From the NCBI GenBank assembly GCA_034666125.1, contig JAXDML010000002.1, positions 4,613-68,612 on the forward strand: 64,000 bases of DNA, given 5' to 3'. The notes beneath the pieces were generated by a model. That model worked only from the letters and a program-made list of their open reading frames with translations, was not told the origin of the DNA and searched no databases. Each line of letters begins with the position of its first letter. Position 1 is the stretch's first letter. Shown here piece by piece: positions 19,511 through 27,730 of the stretch. The DNA is from Candidatus Parcubacteria bacterium (GTDB taxonomy: Bacteria; Patescibacteriota; Minisyncoccia; Phycocordibacterales; Phycocordibacteraceae). Position numbers and translations under genes: made by a program.

Positions 19511-19768
19511 ATGACCGACTTCTTCAAGATGGACGCGTTCTTCGTCGTCGCTACCGTAGCGACGGTGGTCATCGCGCTTATCACGATAGTCGCGCTCGTG
19601 TATGCCGTCCGTTTCCTGCGGACGATCAACCGCGTCGCCGATTCCGTCGAGGAAGAAGCCGAAGCGATACGCGAGGACATCAAGGACGCGCGGAAGAGCG
19701 TGCGCGGGTTCCGGATAAGCGACGTGTTCTCGCTCTTCAAGAAAAGAGCATCTCGCAAGAAGAAATAA
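19511..19768 (+). CDS. Small single-TM protein with a charged helical tail (DUF948-like)
   Basis: 85 aa: N-terminal TM, then EEEAEAIREDIKDARKSV..., then a KKRASRKKK tail. The overlapping 184-aa ORF in another frame is rejected. Confidence 0.5.
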   Translation: MTDFFKMDAFFVVATVATVVIALITIVALVYAVRFLRTINRVADSVEEEAEAIREDIKDARKSVRGFRISDVFSLFKKRASRKKK

Positions 19769-19787
19769 CCACTAACAACTTTTACGT

Positions 19788-20234
19788 ATGGCATTGAAGA
19801 AAGGAACGAAGACAGCGATGGAGGTCGGCGCAGGCGTGCTTGCCGCAGCGGCGGTCGCCGGCGCAGGCTACTGGTTCTATGGCGACAAGAACGCGAAGAA
19901 GCATCGCAAGGCCGCGAACGTCTGGGTGAAGAATATGAAAAAGGACGTTGTGAAGAACGCCAAGAAGCTGAAGCGCCTCGACCAGAAGGCGATGGCTCGC
20001 ATCGTGGACGAAGCGTCCGCCCTGTATGAAGGTGCCCGTTCGGTAGACCGCAAGGATCTCCGCCAGGCGGCCAACGAGCTGAAGCGCAACTGGGAGGTCG
20101 TAAAGGCTGAGGTCCGAGGACGTGTCGGAGGCGCGAAGCGCGTGGCAAAGCGAAGCGCCAAAAAAGCGGTCAAAAAGACCGTGAAGAAGGCGGCTCCCAA
20201 GCGCGCTCGGAAGGCCGCAAAACGCTCCCGGTAG
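19788..20234 (+). CDS. YtxH-like protein with a lysine-rich histone-H1-like tail
   Basis: Glycine-zipper hydrophobic N-terminus (GAGVLAAAAVAGAGYWFY) as in YtxH, then a K/A/R-rich tail (AKKAVKKTVKKAAPKRARKAAKRSR). Confidence 0.5.
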   Translation: MALKKGTKTAMEVGAGVLAAAAVAGAGYWFYGDKNAKKHRKAANVWVKNMKKDVVKNAKKLKRLDQKAMARIVDEASALYEGARSVDRKDLRQAANELKRNWEVVKAEVRGRVGGAKRVAKRSAKKAVKKTVKKAAPKRARKAAKRSR

Positions 20235-20284
20235 AGGGGTGCTAGAATAGCGGGATAACAGGCAACTAACAGATTCCGGCAATT

Positions 20285-20998
20285 ATGGCTTCAGAAAATA
20301 ACAACGAGTTCATGCAGAAGTACCTGACCCCGATAGCGGTGCTCCTCGGCGCAGGGCTCATCGCCGTCGCGCTCATCTGGGGCGGAGGCGTGCGCGGCAC
20401 GAACCCGAACGATCCGAACGCGGCGGCGCCCGAGGTGGATATCAAGGACGTGGCGACCGACAACAGCCCGTTCATCGGGAGCAAGGACGCGCCGACGGCC
20501 GTCGCGGTCTACTTCGACTACCAGTGCCCGTTCTGCAAGCAGTTCGAGCTCTCGGTCACGCCCGAGCTCATGGAATACGTGACGTCCGGCAAGACGAAGA
20601 TCGTCTTCAAGGACTTCCACTTCCTCGGCGAGGACTCGCTCGCGGCGGCGCTCTTCGGACGCGCGCTGTTCGAGGCATATCCTGACCGCTTCGGCGAATG
20701 GTTCCAGCTGATGATGGTCGCGCAGGACGACGAGGGCGACGAAGGCTTCGGCGACCTCGCCTCGATCCAGGAAGTTACGTCGAAGATGGAAGGCGTGGAC
20801 GTCGCGCGCGTCGTGGCGCTCATGAACGAGAAGAAGGAGGTCTACAACGCGGCTATCGAAGCCGACTATAATGAAGGCGTGTCCTTCGGCGTGAACGGCA
20901 CCCCGACGATCATCGTGGGCAAGAAGCTCCTTTCGGGAATGTCGCCCGCGCAGTTCACGGCGGCTATCAAGGCCGAGCTGGACGCGCAGCTTCAGTAG
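20285..20998 (+). CDS. DsbA-like thioredoxin-fold thiol:disulfide oxidoreductase, membrane-anchored
   Basis: N-terminal TM, CPFC active site (FDYQCPFCKQFE), thioredoxin-like length. Confidence 0.75.
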   Translation: MASENNNEFMQKYLTPIAVLLGAGLIAVALIWGGGVRGTNPNDPNAAAPEVDIKDVATDNSPFIGSKDAPTAVAVYFDYQCPFCKQFELSVTPELMEYVTSGKTKIVFKDFHFLGEDSLAAALFGRALFEAYPDRFGEWFQLMMVAQDDEGDEGFGDLASIQEVTSKMEGVDVARVVALMNEKKEVYNAAIEADYNEGVSFGVNGTPTIIVGKKLLSGMSPAQFTAAIKAELDAQLQ

Positions 20999-21013
20999 CG
21001 ATTCCTCCAGTGA

Positions 21014-21049
21014 AAAAGCACGCGGCCCCGCAGGGGCCGCGTGCTTTTT
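21014..21049 (+). terminator. Intrinsic terminator after the DsbA-like gene
   Basis: AAAAAGCACGCGGCCCC-GCA-GGGGCCGCGTGCTTTTT. Confidence 0.6.
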
Positions 21050-21077
21050 CGTACGAGCGCGGTATCGTAGACGCATC

Positions 21078-21689
21078 ATGCGAACCTGGCGGATCACGGG
21101 TATGCTTTCGTCGCTTCTTTTCATTGCGCTTTGCGTCGTGCTTCATTTCGCGCCGCACGCCCTCGCGCTTATTGATGCCCGCGCGAGCTTGGCCGTAGCT
21201 CCGCTCCAGACCCTCAGCGGTATTCAGTTCTTCCTTGTGGCCACGGCATTCGGAAGCGCCTTAGGCGTCATCGCCATAGGCATCGGTTTCGCCTACATCG
21301 GACGCCTGGATACCGCGAATACGTTACGGCTCATATTCCTGCTTTCTGCGGTCATCGCTGCCAACAAGTTCCTCAAGGAGCTTTTCATACGCGCCCGACC
21401 CGACGCGCTTGCCTGGTTCGACAGCCTGGCATCGTTCTCGTTCCCGAGCGCCCATGCTTCGGCAGCGGTCGCGCTGTACGGATTCATCGCGGCAGTGCTC
21501 TATGCGCGTACGGGCCGTTTGGCGTACGTTTTCCTCCCGGTGGTCGCGATACTGCTCGTCGGGGCGAGCCGCGTCGCGCTTAACGCGCACTATTTCTCGG
21601 ACGTGATCGGCGGGTGCCTGCTCGGCGGCGCGTTGCTCGCGTTCGCGTTCCTGTTCCCGTTCGAACGGCTGGTCAACCGCTATGAATGA
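21078..21689 (+). CDS. PAP2-family phosphatase (membrane)
   Basis: PAP2 motifs KELFIRARP, SFPSAHAS and SRVALNAHYFSDV. Confidence 0.75.
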   Translation: MRTWRITGMLSSLLFIALCVVLHFAPHALALIDARASLAVAPLQTLSGIQFFLVATAFGSALGVIAIGIGFAYIGRLDTANTLRLIFLLSAVIAANKFLKELFIRARPDALAWFDSLASFSFPSAHASAAVALYGFIAAVLYARTGRLAYVFLPVVAILLVGASRVALNAHYFSDVIGGCLLGGALLAFAFLFPFERLVNRYE

Positions 21690-22107
21690 AACGGCCTTTC
21701 GCGCGATCGTCGAGGACGAGTGGGCGAAGGTCCCGCCACCGTACCGGGAACGCATCGAGAATGTCGCGCTTCTCGTCGAGGACGAGCCGAGCGCCGAGGT
21801 CCGCAAGGCGGAGGGGCTTGAGGACGGAGAAACCCTCCTCGGCATCTATCAGGGCATACCGCTTACCGGGCGAGGCGAGGGATACGGCACCGGGGGAACG
21901 CTTCCGGACACGATAACGGTCTATCGCATCCCGACGCTGCTTGAAGCCGAAGATCTGGTACGTGAAGGGGGCGGGGAACTTGCCCAGCATGTCCGACGCG
22001 TCGTCCGGGACACTGTCTGGCACGAGTTGGGCCATTATTTCGGTCACGATGACGAGCACATCCATCGCCGGGAGGACGAGGGAACGAACGAATTCAGGCC
22101 TTCCTAG
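21682..22107 (+). CDS. Small zinc metallopeptidase-family protein (HExxH)
   Basis: HELGHYFG zinc-binding motif near the C-terminus; 141 aa; overlaps the PAP2 stop by 8 nt. Confidence 0.6.
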   Translation: MNETAFRAIVEDEWAKVPPPYRERIENVALLVEDEPSAEVRKAEGLEDGETLLGIYQGIPLTGRGEGYGTGGTLPDTITVYRIPTLLEAEDLVREGGGELAQHVRRVVRDTVWHELGHYFGHDDEHIHRREDEGTNEFRPS

Positions 22108-22223
22108 GCTATCCACAGGGGTCTACGGTTCAGCTTTCCCTCATATTACGGGGGCTATACTTAAGGGCAATGATAGGGCTCCGTCCCGTATCAGCCGTTT
22201 ATTATCACCACTAACCAATCCTA

Positions 22224-22624
22224 TGGCTAAAACGCTCGCAATCGTGTTCGGTATCGTATTCGTGCTCGTAGGCATCCTCGGCTTCATGGGAAGCGGTATC
22301 GCCGGCCCGATGGGCGTATTCCAGACGAATACGCTTCACGACCTTGTGCATCTTCTGTTCGGCCTCATCCTTCTTGTCGTCGCCTTCACGGCGCCTGCAG
22401 GCTCGGCGAAGTGGCTCAAGATCCTCGGTATCGTGTACCTCGTGCTCGCGGTACTCGGCTTCCTGCTCATTCCGAGCGGCGGCCTGCTCCTCGGTATCGT
22501 GCTCATGAACGGCAACGATCACTGGCTGCATCTCGTTCTCGGTATCGTGCTCGTCATTGCCGGCATGTCCGGCAGGAAGAGCGGCGTGTCGGGAGGCATG
22601 CCGATGTCGAGCCCGTCGATGTAA
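22224..22624 (+). CDS. DUF4383-like small polytopic membrane protein
   Basis: Start reassigned to MAKTLAIVFGIVFVLVGILGFMG at 22224. Four hydrophobic helices; HDLVHLLFG motif. Confidence 0.5.
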
Positions 22625-22644
22625 CACGGAGGCTCATCCCTTTG

Positions 22645-22676
22645 AAAAGAGCGGCGCCATGGGCGCCGCTCTTTTC
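22645..22676. terminator. Intrinsic terminator (perfect 14-bp stem) after the DUF4383 gene
   Basis: AAAAGAGCGGCGCC-atg-GGCGCCGCTCTTTT with flanking A and T runs; could act bidirectionally. Confidence 0.6.
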
Positions 22677-22721
22677 GTATATAAATACACAAGACCGGAC
22701 ATAGGTCCGGTCGGTGGTTTA

Positions 22722-22982
22722 TTAGAAGCGAACGACTTGCGGTGCTTGCGGGAGGGACAGGCGGCGTGGAGCAACGGGAGTACTGGAGGCATCGAGCGTG
22801 CCGGTCGATAGCGATGGCGACGACGTAGCCTGTTCGATAAGTCCGGTAGCGGCAGTTGCACTTACACCGGCACCGCGAAGGAACAGCACGGCGGTACGCT
22901 CAGCTTCGTGAAGGACTTCGGGGACGAGGAATCCGAGAATGACGATCAGTATTCCAAGTCCGATAGCTCTGAATATACGCAT
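22722..22982 (-). CDS. Possible small membrane protein (86 aa)
   Basis: MRIFRAIGLGILIVILGFLVPEVL... hydrophobic N-terminus; codon usage acceptable. No homology recognised, so it could be spurious. Confidence 0.25.
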   Translation of the reverse strand: MRIFRAIGLGILIVILGFLVPEVLHEAERTAVLFLRGAGVSATAATGLIEQATSSPSLSTGTLDASSTPVAPRRLSLPQAPQVVRF

Positions 22983-23128
22983 ACAGAAGTGATGAGGAAT
23001 AAATCGCGCGCACGGGATGTGGCGCAATGAGACAGCAGGTGCTTCCGGTCGTCATTTCAAGGATCCGACTCCCTCCGTTCCTTAAAAGCCCTGATGGTCC
23101 CGACAGGTTTCAGGGGTATAGTAATCAT

Positions 23129-23599
23129 ATGAATAAGGCGTATTTTGCGGCCGGCTGCTTCTGGGGCGTGGAGGACGCATTCCGGAAGACGCCGGGCGTC
23201 ATCGAGGCCGTAAGCGGCTATCAGGGAGGACATACCGAGAACCCGACGTACGAAGCCATCTGCAGCGGAGCGACCGGACACGCCGAAACGGTGGAGGTCC
23301 TGTATGACCCCGAAAAGGTCACCTATAAGGACCTCATACGGAAGTTCTTCTCGCTCCACGATCCGACGCAGATGAATCGGCAGGGGCCGGACATTGGCAC
23401 CCAATACCGCTCCGCGATCTTTTATAAGACCGACGAGGAGCGCGCTGTCGCGGAGAAAGTGAAAGAGGAGCTAACACCGAACTATTTCCCGAAGGCCATC
23501 GCCACCGAGTTCACGAAAGCCGCAGTCTTCTATCCCGCCGAGGAATACCACCAGCGATACTTCGAGAAGCATCCGGGGAGAGCGATCTGCCACGTATAG
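23129..23599 (+). CDS. msrA: Peptide-methionine (S)-S-oxide reductase MsrA
   Basis: AYFAAGCFWGVEDAF active-site motif. Start at the ATG at 23129; the upstream extension of the ORF is rejected. Confidence 0.85.
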   Translation: MNKAYFAAGCFWGVEDAFRKTPGVIEAVSGYQGGHTENPTYEAICSGATGHAETVEVLYDPEKVTYKDLIRKFFSLHDPTQMNRQGPDIGTQYRSAIFYKTDEERAVAEKVKEELTPNYFPKAIATEFTKAAVFYPAEEYHQRYFEKHPGRAICHV

Positions 23600-23640
23600 G
23601 GTTCGAGACGTATCCTCCCAACGCGAGATATACTCACGAT

Positions 23641-24387
23641 ATGAAGTCCGCACAAGTGCTTGCCCTGGGAAAATTCAAGCCAGAAGACTTGCTCGTTACG
23701 GTAAGTAAATCAAACAGAAAGATCAATCCTGCCATCGAAGAGCAGGTCGATGCCATATGGGAGGCTACTCGGAAGAAAGCGGCTGAAGAAGGCCGAGTAT
23801 GCTACAACGGAACGTCATATCGCCTGAACTCCCTTAGGGTGGAAGGAAATCAAATCAGGATAGATTTCGGATTGCTTGAATATAAAGCGCGTCAAGCACT
23901 CCCGACCATTCCAGGATATTTCGATTTGCCTGACGAGTATTATAGAAAAGGTTGCTATAGCGGAGCTACCGTGAAGTCCAGTGATGGCCGGTATCTGATC
24001 GTGGAACTCTCCGGGAAATCCATGAACATGAACAGAATTGACGTGCTTGGTGGGATCATCGAGAAGCCCACGGAGATAGTAAATGGAGGAGATGTCTTTA
24101 AAGCCCTCTACGACGAACTCGAAGAAGAGGGCTGTATACGCCTAGCGGATATCGAGGAATCCTATCTGCGTGCCATTTATATGGAAGCTAAGACGAACAT
24201 AGGTTTTTACTTTGAAATACTCTTAGGTATCTCATCCAAAGAAGTGCTAGAACGCTTTGACCGGGAAATGGACGATCAGGATATAAAGTCATTGCAATCG
24301 CTCACGTACGAAGAGTATATGCACGTGCTCCATACAGAAACGAATTCCGCAGGCAAACAACTTATGGCAGAGATCATAGCCATATAA
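23641..24387 (+). CDS. Hypothetical protein with a degenerate Nudix-box-like segment; low GC
   Basis: 248 aa; segment GGIIEKPTEIVNGGDVFKALYDELEEEG resembles a Nudix box with substituted catalytic residues. GC is roughly 48%, against about 65% in flanking genes. Confidence 0.45.
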   Translation: MKSAQVLALGKFKPEDLLVTVSKSNRKINPAIEEQVDAIWEATRKKAAEEGRVCYNGTSYRLNSLRVEGNQIRIDFGLLEYKARQALPTIPGYFDLPDEYYRKGCYSGATVKSSDGRYLIVELSGKSMNMNRIDVLGGIIEKPTEIVNGGDVFKALYDELEEEGCIRLADIEESYLRAIYMEAKTNIGFYFEILLGISSKEVLERFDREMDDQDIKSLQSLTYEEYMHVLHTETNSAGKQLMAEIIAI

Positions 24388-24421
24388 AAGTCCCGATAGC
24401 CCGCATGCTAGGGTATAGCTA

Positions 24422-25672
24422 ATGTCCCACAAGGAGCGGCCTCTGATCTCTGCGCGCGAGCACGTCATGCAGTGCGACATCAGCGGGTTCCCGCCGGGTG
24501 TGAAGCTCCTGATGTGGACGCGGTTCGTCAGATGGATCGGGTGGGGATTCGGCGAATCCCTCATCCCGATCTTCATCTTCACCCTTTCTGTCTCATACGC
24601 GGAAGCGGGCCTGATCAATTCGTCATACAATCTGGTGCTCTTGTGCGCGCTTCCGGTCATCGGCGCTCTTGCGGATCGCATGAGCGCGAAGCTCCTCGTT
24701 ATCATCGCGCTCGTCCTCTACCCGTTCGTCGGCATCGGGTACTTCCTCGCGGGAGCGAGCGGTCTTGCCGTATACGTGATCCTCGCCCGCGGCCTGAACG
24801 GTCTCACGTGGGCCATGGAAGGCGTCGGCGTCGATACCTACTACCGGCGCACGACCAACCGTGAGTGCCTGGCATCGTCGTTCGGTTATATGGATACCTA
24901 TACGAACCTTGCCTGGATCCTCGCGGCGGTTGCCGGCATCTTCCTTCTCGAGTACGTGCCGCTTCACTACCTGCTCCTCGCCATCGCGCCGTTCTCCTTG
25001 CTCGCGCTCCCGTTCGCGCTCAGGGTCCCGAAGGACAACATCAAGATACGCCTGCCCGCGCTTCCGAGTCTCGGCTCATATGTTGCGGCATTCGATGAGT
25101 TCAAGAGATGGAATATCCACCTGCATCTGCTTGCCGCGCTCGTCCTCGTCATGGGCATCATCTCGTCGCTTATCGGATTCTTCGTGCCCATCGACGCGTA
25201 CGTGGAAGGCGCCGACCTCGGCATGGTCATGCTTCTCGGCATCGTTGCAGCCACTCCCACGCTCTTCGGGTTCTCCTTCGGGAAGATCGCCGACCATCAT
25301 AACAAGTATGTGTTAGCGGCAGTCACGCTCGTGGTGAGCGCGCTCATTGTGGCCGGGCTCGCGGCCTTCCCGTTCTATTGGTACAAGCTCGTCGCCAGCT
25401 TCCTGCTCGGCGTTCTTGCGGAGCTTCTCGTGGTGGTCGGGAAATCGCTCGTTACTACCCTCGGTCCCGTGGAGACCTATGGACTGCGGGGAAGCGTATT
25501 CGAGAGCATCTCCACGATCGGCAAGCTTGCCGCGCCACTCCTTATCGGCGTTTCGCTCGACGTCATGGGCTTTGCGAACATGAGCCTGATAACCGCCGCG
25601 ATCGCGATCGTCCTCGGACTCGCGTTCATCATGCTTGAGCGGGATTTCCTCCGGGGGTATGTGAAGCCGTAA
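24422..25672 (+). CDS. MFS transporter
   Basis: 416 aa, about 12 TM segments, MFS-like loop motifs (e.g. GALADRMSAK between TM2 and TM3). Confidence 0.7.
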   Translation: MSHKERPLISAREHVMQCDISGFPPGVKLLMWTRFVRWIGWGFGESLIPIFIFTLSVSYAEAGLINSSYNLVLLCALPVIGALADRMSAKLLVIIALVLYPFVGIGYFLAGASGLAVYVILARGLNGLTWAMEGVGVDTYYRRTTNRECLASSFGYMDTYTNLAWILAAVAGIFLLEYVPLHYLLLAIAPFSLLALPFALRVPKDNIKIRLPALPSLGSYVAAFDEFKRWNIHLHLLAALVLVMGIISSLIGFFVPIDAYVEGADLGMVMLLGIVAATPTLFGFSFGKIADHHNKYVLAAVTLVVSALIVAGLAAFPFYWYKLVASFLLGVLAELLVVVGKSLVTTLGPVETYGLRGSVFESISTIGKLAAPLLIGVSLDVMGFANMSLITAAIAIVLGLAFIMLERDFLRGYVKP

Positions 25673-25678
25673 CGAACG

Positions 25679-26065
25679 TCAGTCCTTATCTTTCTCGAAC
25701 TCCAGGCACACTGAATTGATGCAATACCGCTTGCCGCCCGCATCCTTGGGACCGTCGTCGAAGACGTGGCCGAGATGGCTGTCGCAGTTCTTGCAGTAGA
25801 CCTCCGTGCGGCGCATACCATGTGAATCATCCAAACGCGTCCCGACGTTCTCGGCGACCGCTGGATCGGTGAAGGAGGGCCAGCCCGAGCCGGAGTCGAA
25901 CTTCTTGTCGGACGAGAAGAGGGCCGCGCCGCAGGCGCGGCAGTGATACATCCCGTCCTCGTGGTTGTTGACGTACGCGCCCGAGAACGGGGCTTCGGTC
26001 CCGCCCTTGCGGAGCACCGCGTACTCCTCGGGCGTAAGCTTTTCCTTAAATTCCTCTTCGTTCAT
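25679..26065 (-). CDS. msrB: Peptide-methionine (R)-S-oxide reductase MsrB
   Basis: SelR domain with two CxxC pairs (CRACGAALF ... CKNCDSHLGHVFDDGP). Start reassigned to MNEEEF at 26065. Confidence 0.85.
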   Translation of the reverse strand: MNEEEFKEKLTPEEYAVLRKGGTEAPFSGAYVNNHEDGMYHCRACGAALFSSDKKFDSGSGWPSFTDPAVAENVGTRLDDSHGMRRTEVYCKNCDSHLGHVFDDGPKDAGGKRYCINSVCLEFEKDKD

Positions 26066-26099
26066 ACGAGAAGCATACCGTATGGTACGATACCTGCAC

Positions 26100-26549
26100 A
26101 TGAGTCGCTCCATGCTACTGGCCATCATCCTCGTGCTGGCCTTTTTGGGTCTCGCTGACACGTGGTATCTCGCGCAAGCGGCGCTTACGAACACCGATCT
26201 CAACTGCGGCATCGAAGCGCTCGACCATTGCAATACGGTCGCGCAGAGCGAATACTCGCGCGTCTACGGCATCCCGCTTGCGCTCTACGGCTTCGCCTTC
26301 TACGTCATGTTCTTCGTACTCGCCGCCATCATCACGACCCTATCGCGCCCGATATTCGTGAAGCTCCTGTTCTGGATAAGCGCGCTTGGGTTCCTATTGT
26401 CCCTCTACTTCCTATACCTCCAGATCTACGTCATCGAGGCGCTCTGCATCTATTGCCTTGCGTCCTTCGTGATCGCCACGCTCCTGTTCCTCGCGACCAG
26501 GACGCTCAGGACCCGGGAACTTGCCATCCGGCACCCCGTGATACCATAA
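26100..26549 (+). CDS. Vitamin K epoxide reductase (VKOR)-family membrane protein
   Basis: About 4 TM; loop Cys pair (LNCGIEALDHC) and active-site CIYC in the last TM (ALCIYCLASF). Divergent from msrB with a 34-bp spacer. Confidence 0.75.
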   Translation: MSRSMLLAIILVLAFLGLADTWYLAQAALTNTDLNCGIEALDHCNTVAQSEYSRVYGIPLALYGFAFYVMFFVLAAIITTLSRPIFVKLLFWISALGFLLSLYFLYLQIYVIEALCIYCLASFVIATLLFLATRTLRTRELAIRHPVIP

Positions 26550-26559
26550 GCTCATCCTT

Positions 26560-27720
26560 ATGAAGCGAATCTTCTTAACGCTTCTCATCCTCTTATTCCC
26601 GCTTACGGGCCTGGCGGCGACATTCGTCAGCGAGAACGAGCTCACGCTTTCCGAACCCGTGCCGGATAACGCGTACGTCGCGGGAGCGAACGTGAGCGTA
26701 TCGACCGACCTGCCCGCCGATCTTACGGTCGCGGGAGGCACGGTCGGCATCTATGCGCCCGTTACGGGCGACGTGCTCGCCGCAGGCGGCACTGTCGTCA
26801 TCGAGCGCCCGGTGGGAGGCGATGTACGTGCGGCGTCAGGAAGAATCAACATCTCAAGCGACGTCGCCGGGGACGTGGCTGCAGCCGGGGGTACGGTCAC
26901 CGTATCGGGCAAGGCGCGCGGGGTGTACCTGTTCGGCGGCACGCTCGCGGTTACGGGAGGCGCCTCCGGTCCCGTCACGCTTTACGGAAGCGACATCACC
27001 CTCTCGGGCGACTTTTCAGGCGACGTCGAGATCATCGCTTCCGACCATTTCACCATCGGGGAGAACACGCACATCGCAGGAACCCTGCGCTATAACGCGC
27101 CCGAGCAGGCGGCCATCCCGGCCTCGGCGAAGATCGACGGGGGAGCGACGTACACCGGCTCGTATGCGTATGTCCCCACGAAGGAAGAGGCCCGCAAGTT
27201 CGCCCTTGCCGGCGCCGGCATCTTCCTGGTCGTGCGTACGCTTGCCGGCATGATCGTCGCGGGGCTTTTAGTAGGGCTCTTCCCGACGTTCGCCGGACGG
27301 ATCGCCGACCTCGCGCTTACGTCCGGAGGACGCCGCACGGCCCTGTTCGCCCTTCTGGGATTCGGATTGTTCGTCGCCTCGCCGCTTTTGATACTCTTGC
27401 TCCTGCTTTCGTTCGTAGGCGCCGGCATCGGGCTCCTGCTCGGCATCCTCTACCTCCTGCTCCTCCTGCTCGCGTACATCTATGCGGGCATCATCGCCGG
27501 AGCCGCTCTTCGCCGCCACGCGCTCGCGCGTTTCTCCTCACGCACTGAGATTTCCTGGCGCGACGCGGTCCTCGGTGTCCTCGTGCTGAACCTCATCGGC
27601 TTCGTTCCCGTCGTGGGACCGTTGGTCAAGTTCTTCCTCGCGATCGCCGCCGCCGGCATCCTTGCGAGCCTCGCGTACCGCTTCGCTTTCCGTTCGCTCG
27701 ATACCCAAGAGACGGTGTAA
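26560..27720 (+). CDS. Bactofilin-like beta-helical repeat protein with signal peptide and a C-terminal polytopic membrane domain
   Basis: Signal peptide MKRIFLTLLILLFPLTGLAA; about 200 aa of GDV/AGG-type repeats (VAGANVSV..LTVAGGTVGIYAPVTGDVLAAGGTVV..) like bactofilin (DUF583) windings; then about 4 TM helices. Confidence 0.55.
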   Translation: MKRIFLTLLILLFPLTGLAATFVSENELTLSEPVPDNAYVAGANVSVSTDLPADLTVAGGTVGIYAPVTGDVLAAGGTVVIERPVGGDVRAASGRINISSDVAGDVAAAGGTVTVSGKARGVYLFGGTLAVTGGASGPVTLYGSDITLSGDFSGDVEIIASDHFTIGENTHIAGTLRYNAPEQAAIPASAKIDGGATYTGSYAYVPTKEEARKFALAGAGIFLVVRTLAGMIVAGLLVGLFPTFAGRIADLALTSGGRRTALFALLGFGLFVASPLLILLLLLSFVGAGIGLLLGILYLLLLLLAYIYAGIIAGAALRRHALARFSSRTEISWRDAVLGVLVLNLIGFVPVVGPLVKFFLAIAAAGILASLAYRFAFRSLDTQETV

Positions 27721-27730
27721 GCTAATTTGA

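Noticed and set aside
19243-19797. 184-aa plus-strand ORF
   Set aside because: Arg-rich nonsense-like sequence. It overlaps the well-formed small TM protein gene (19511-19768) in another frame and begins inside a low-GC non-coding block.
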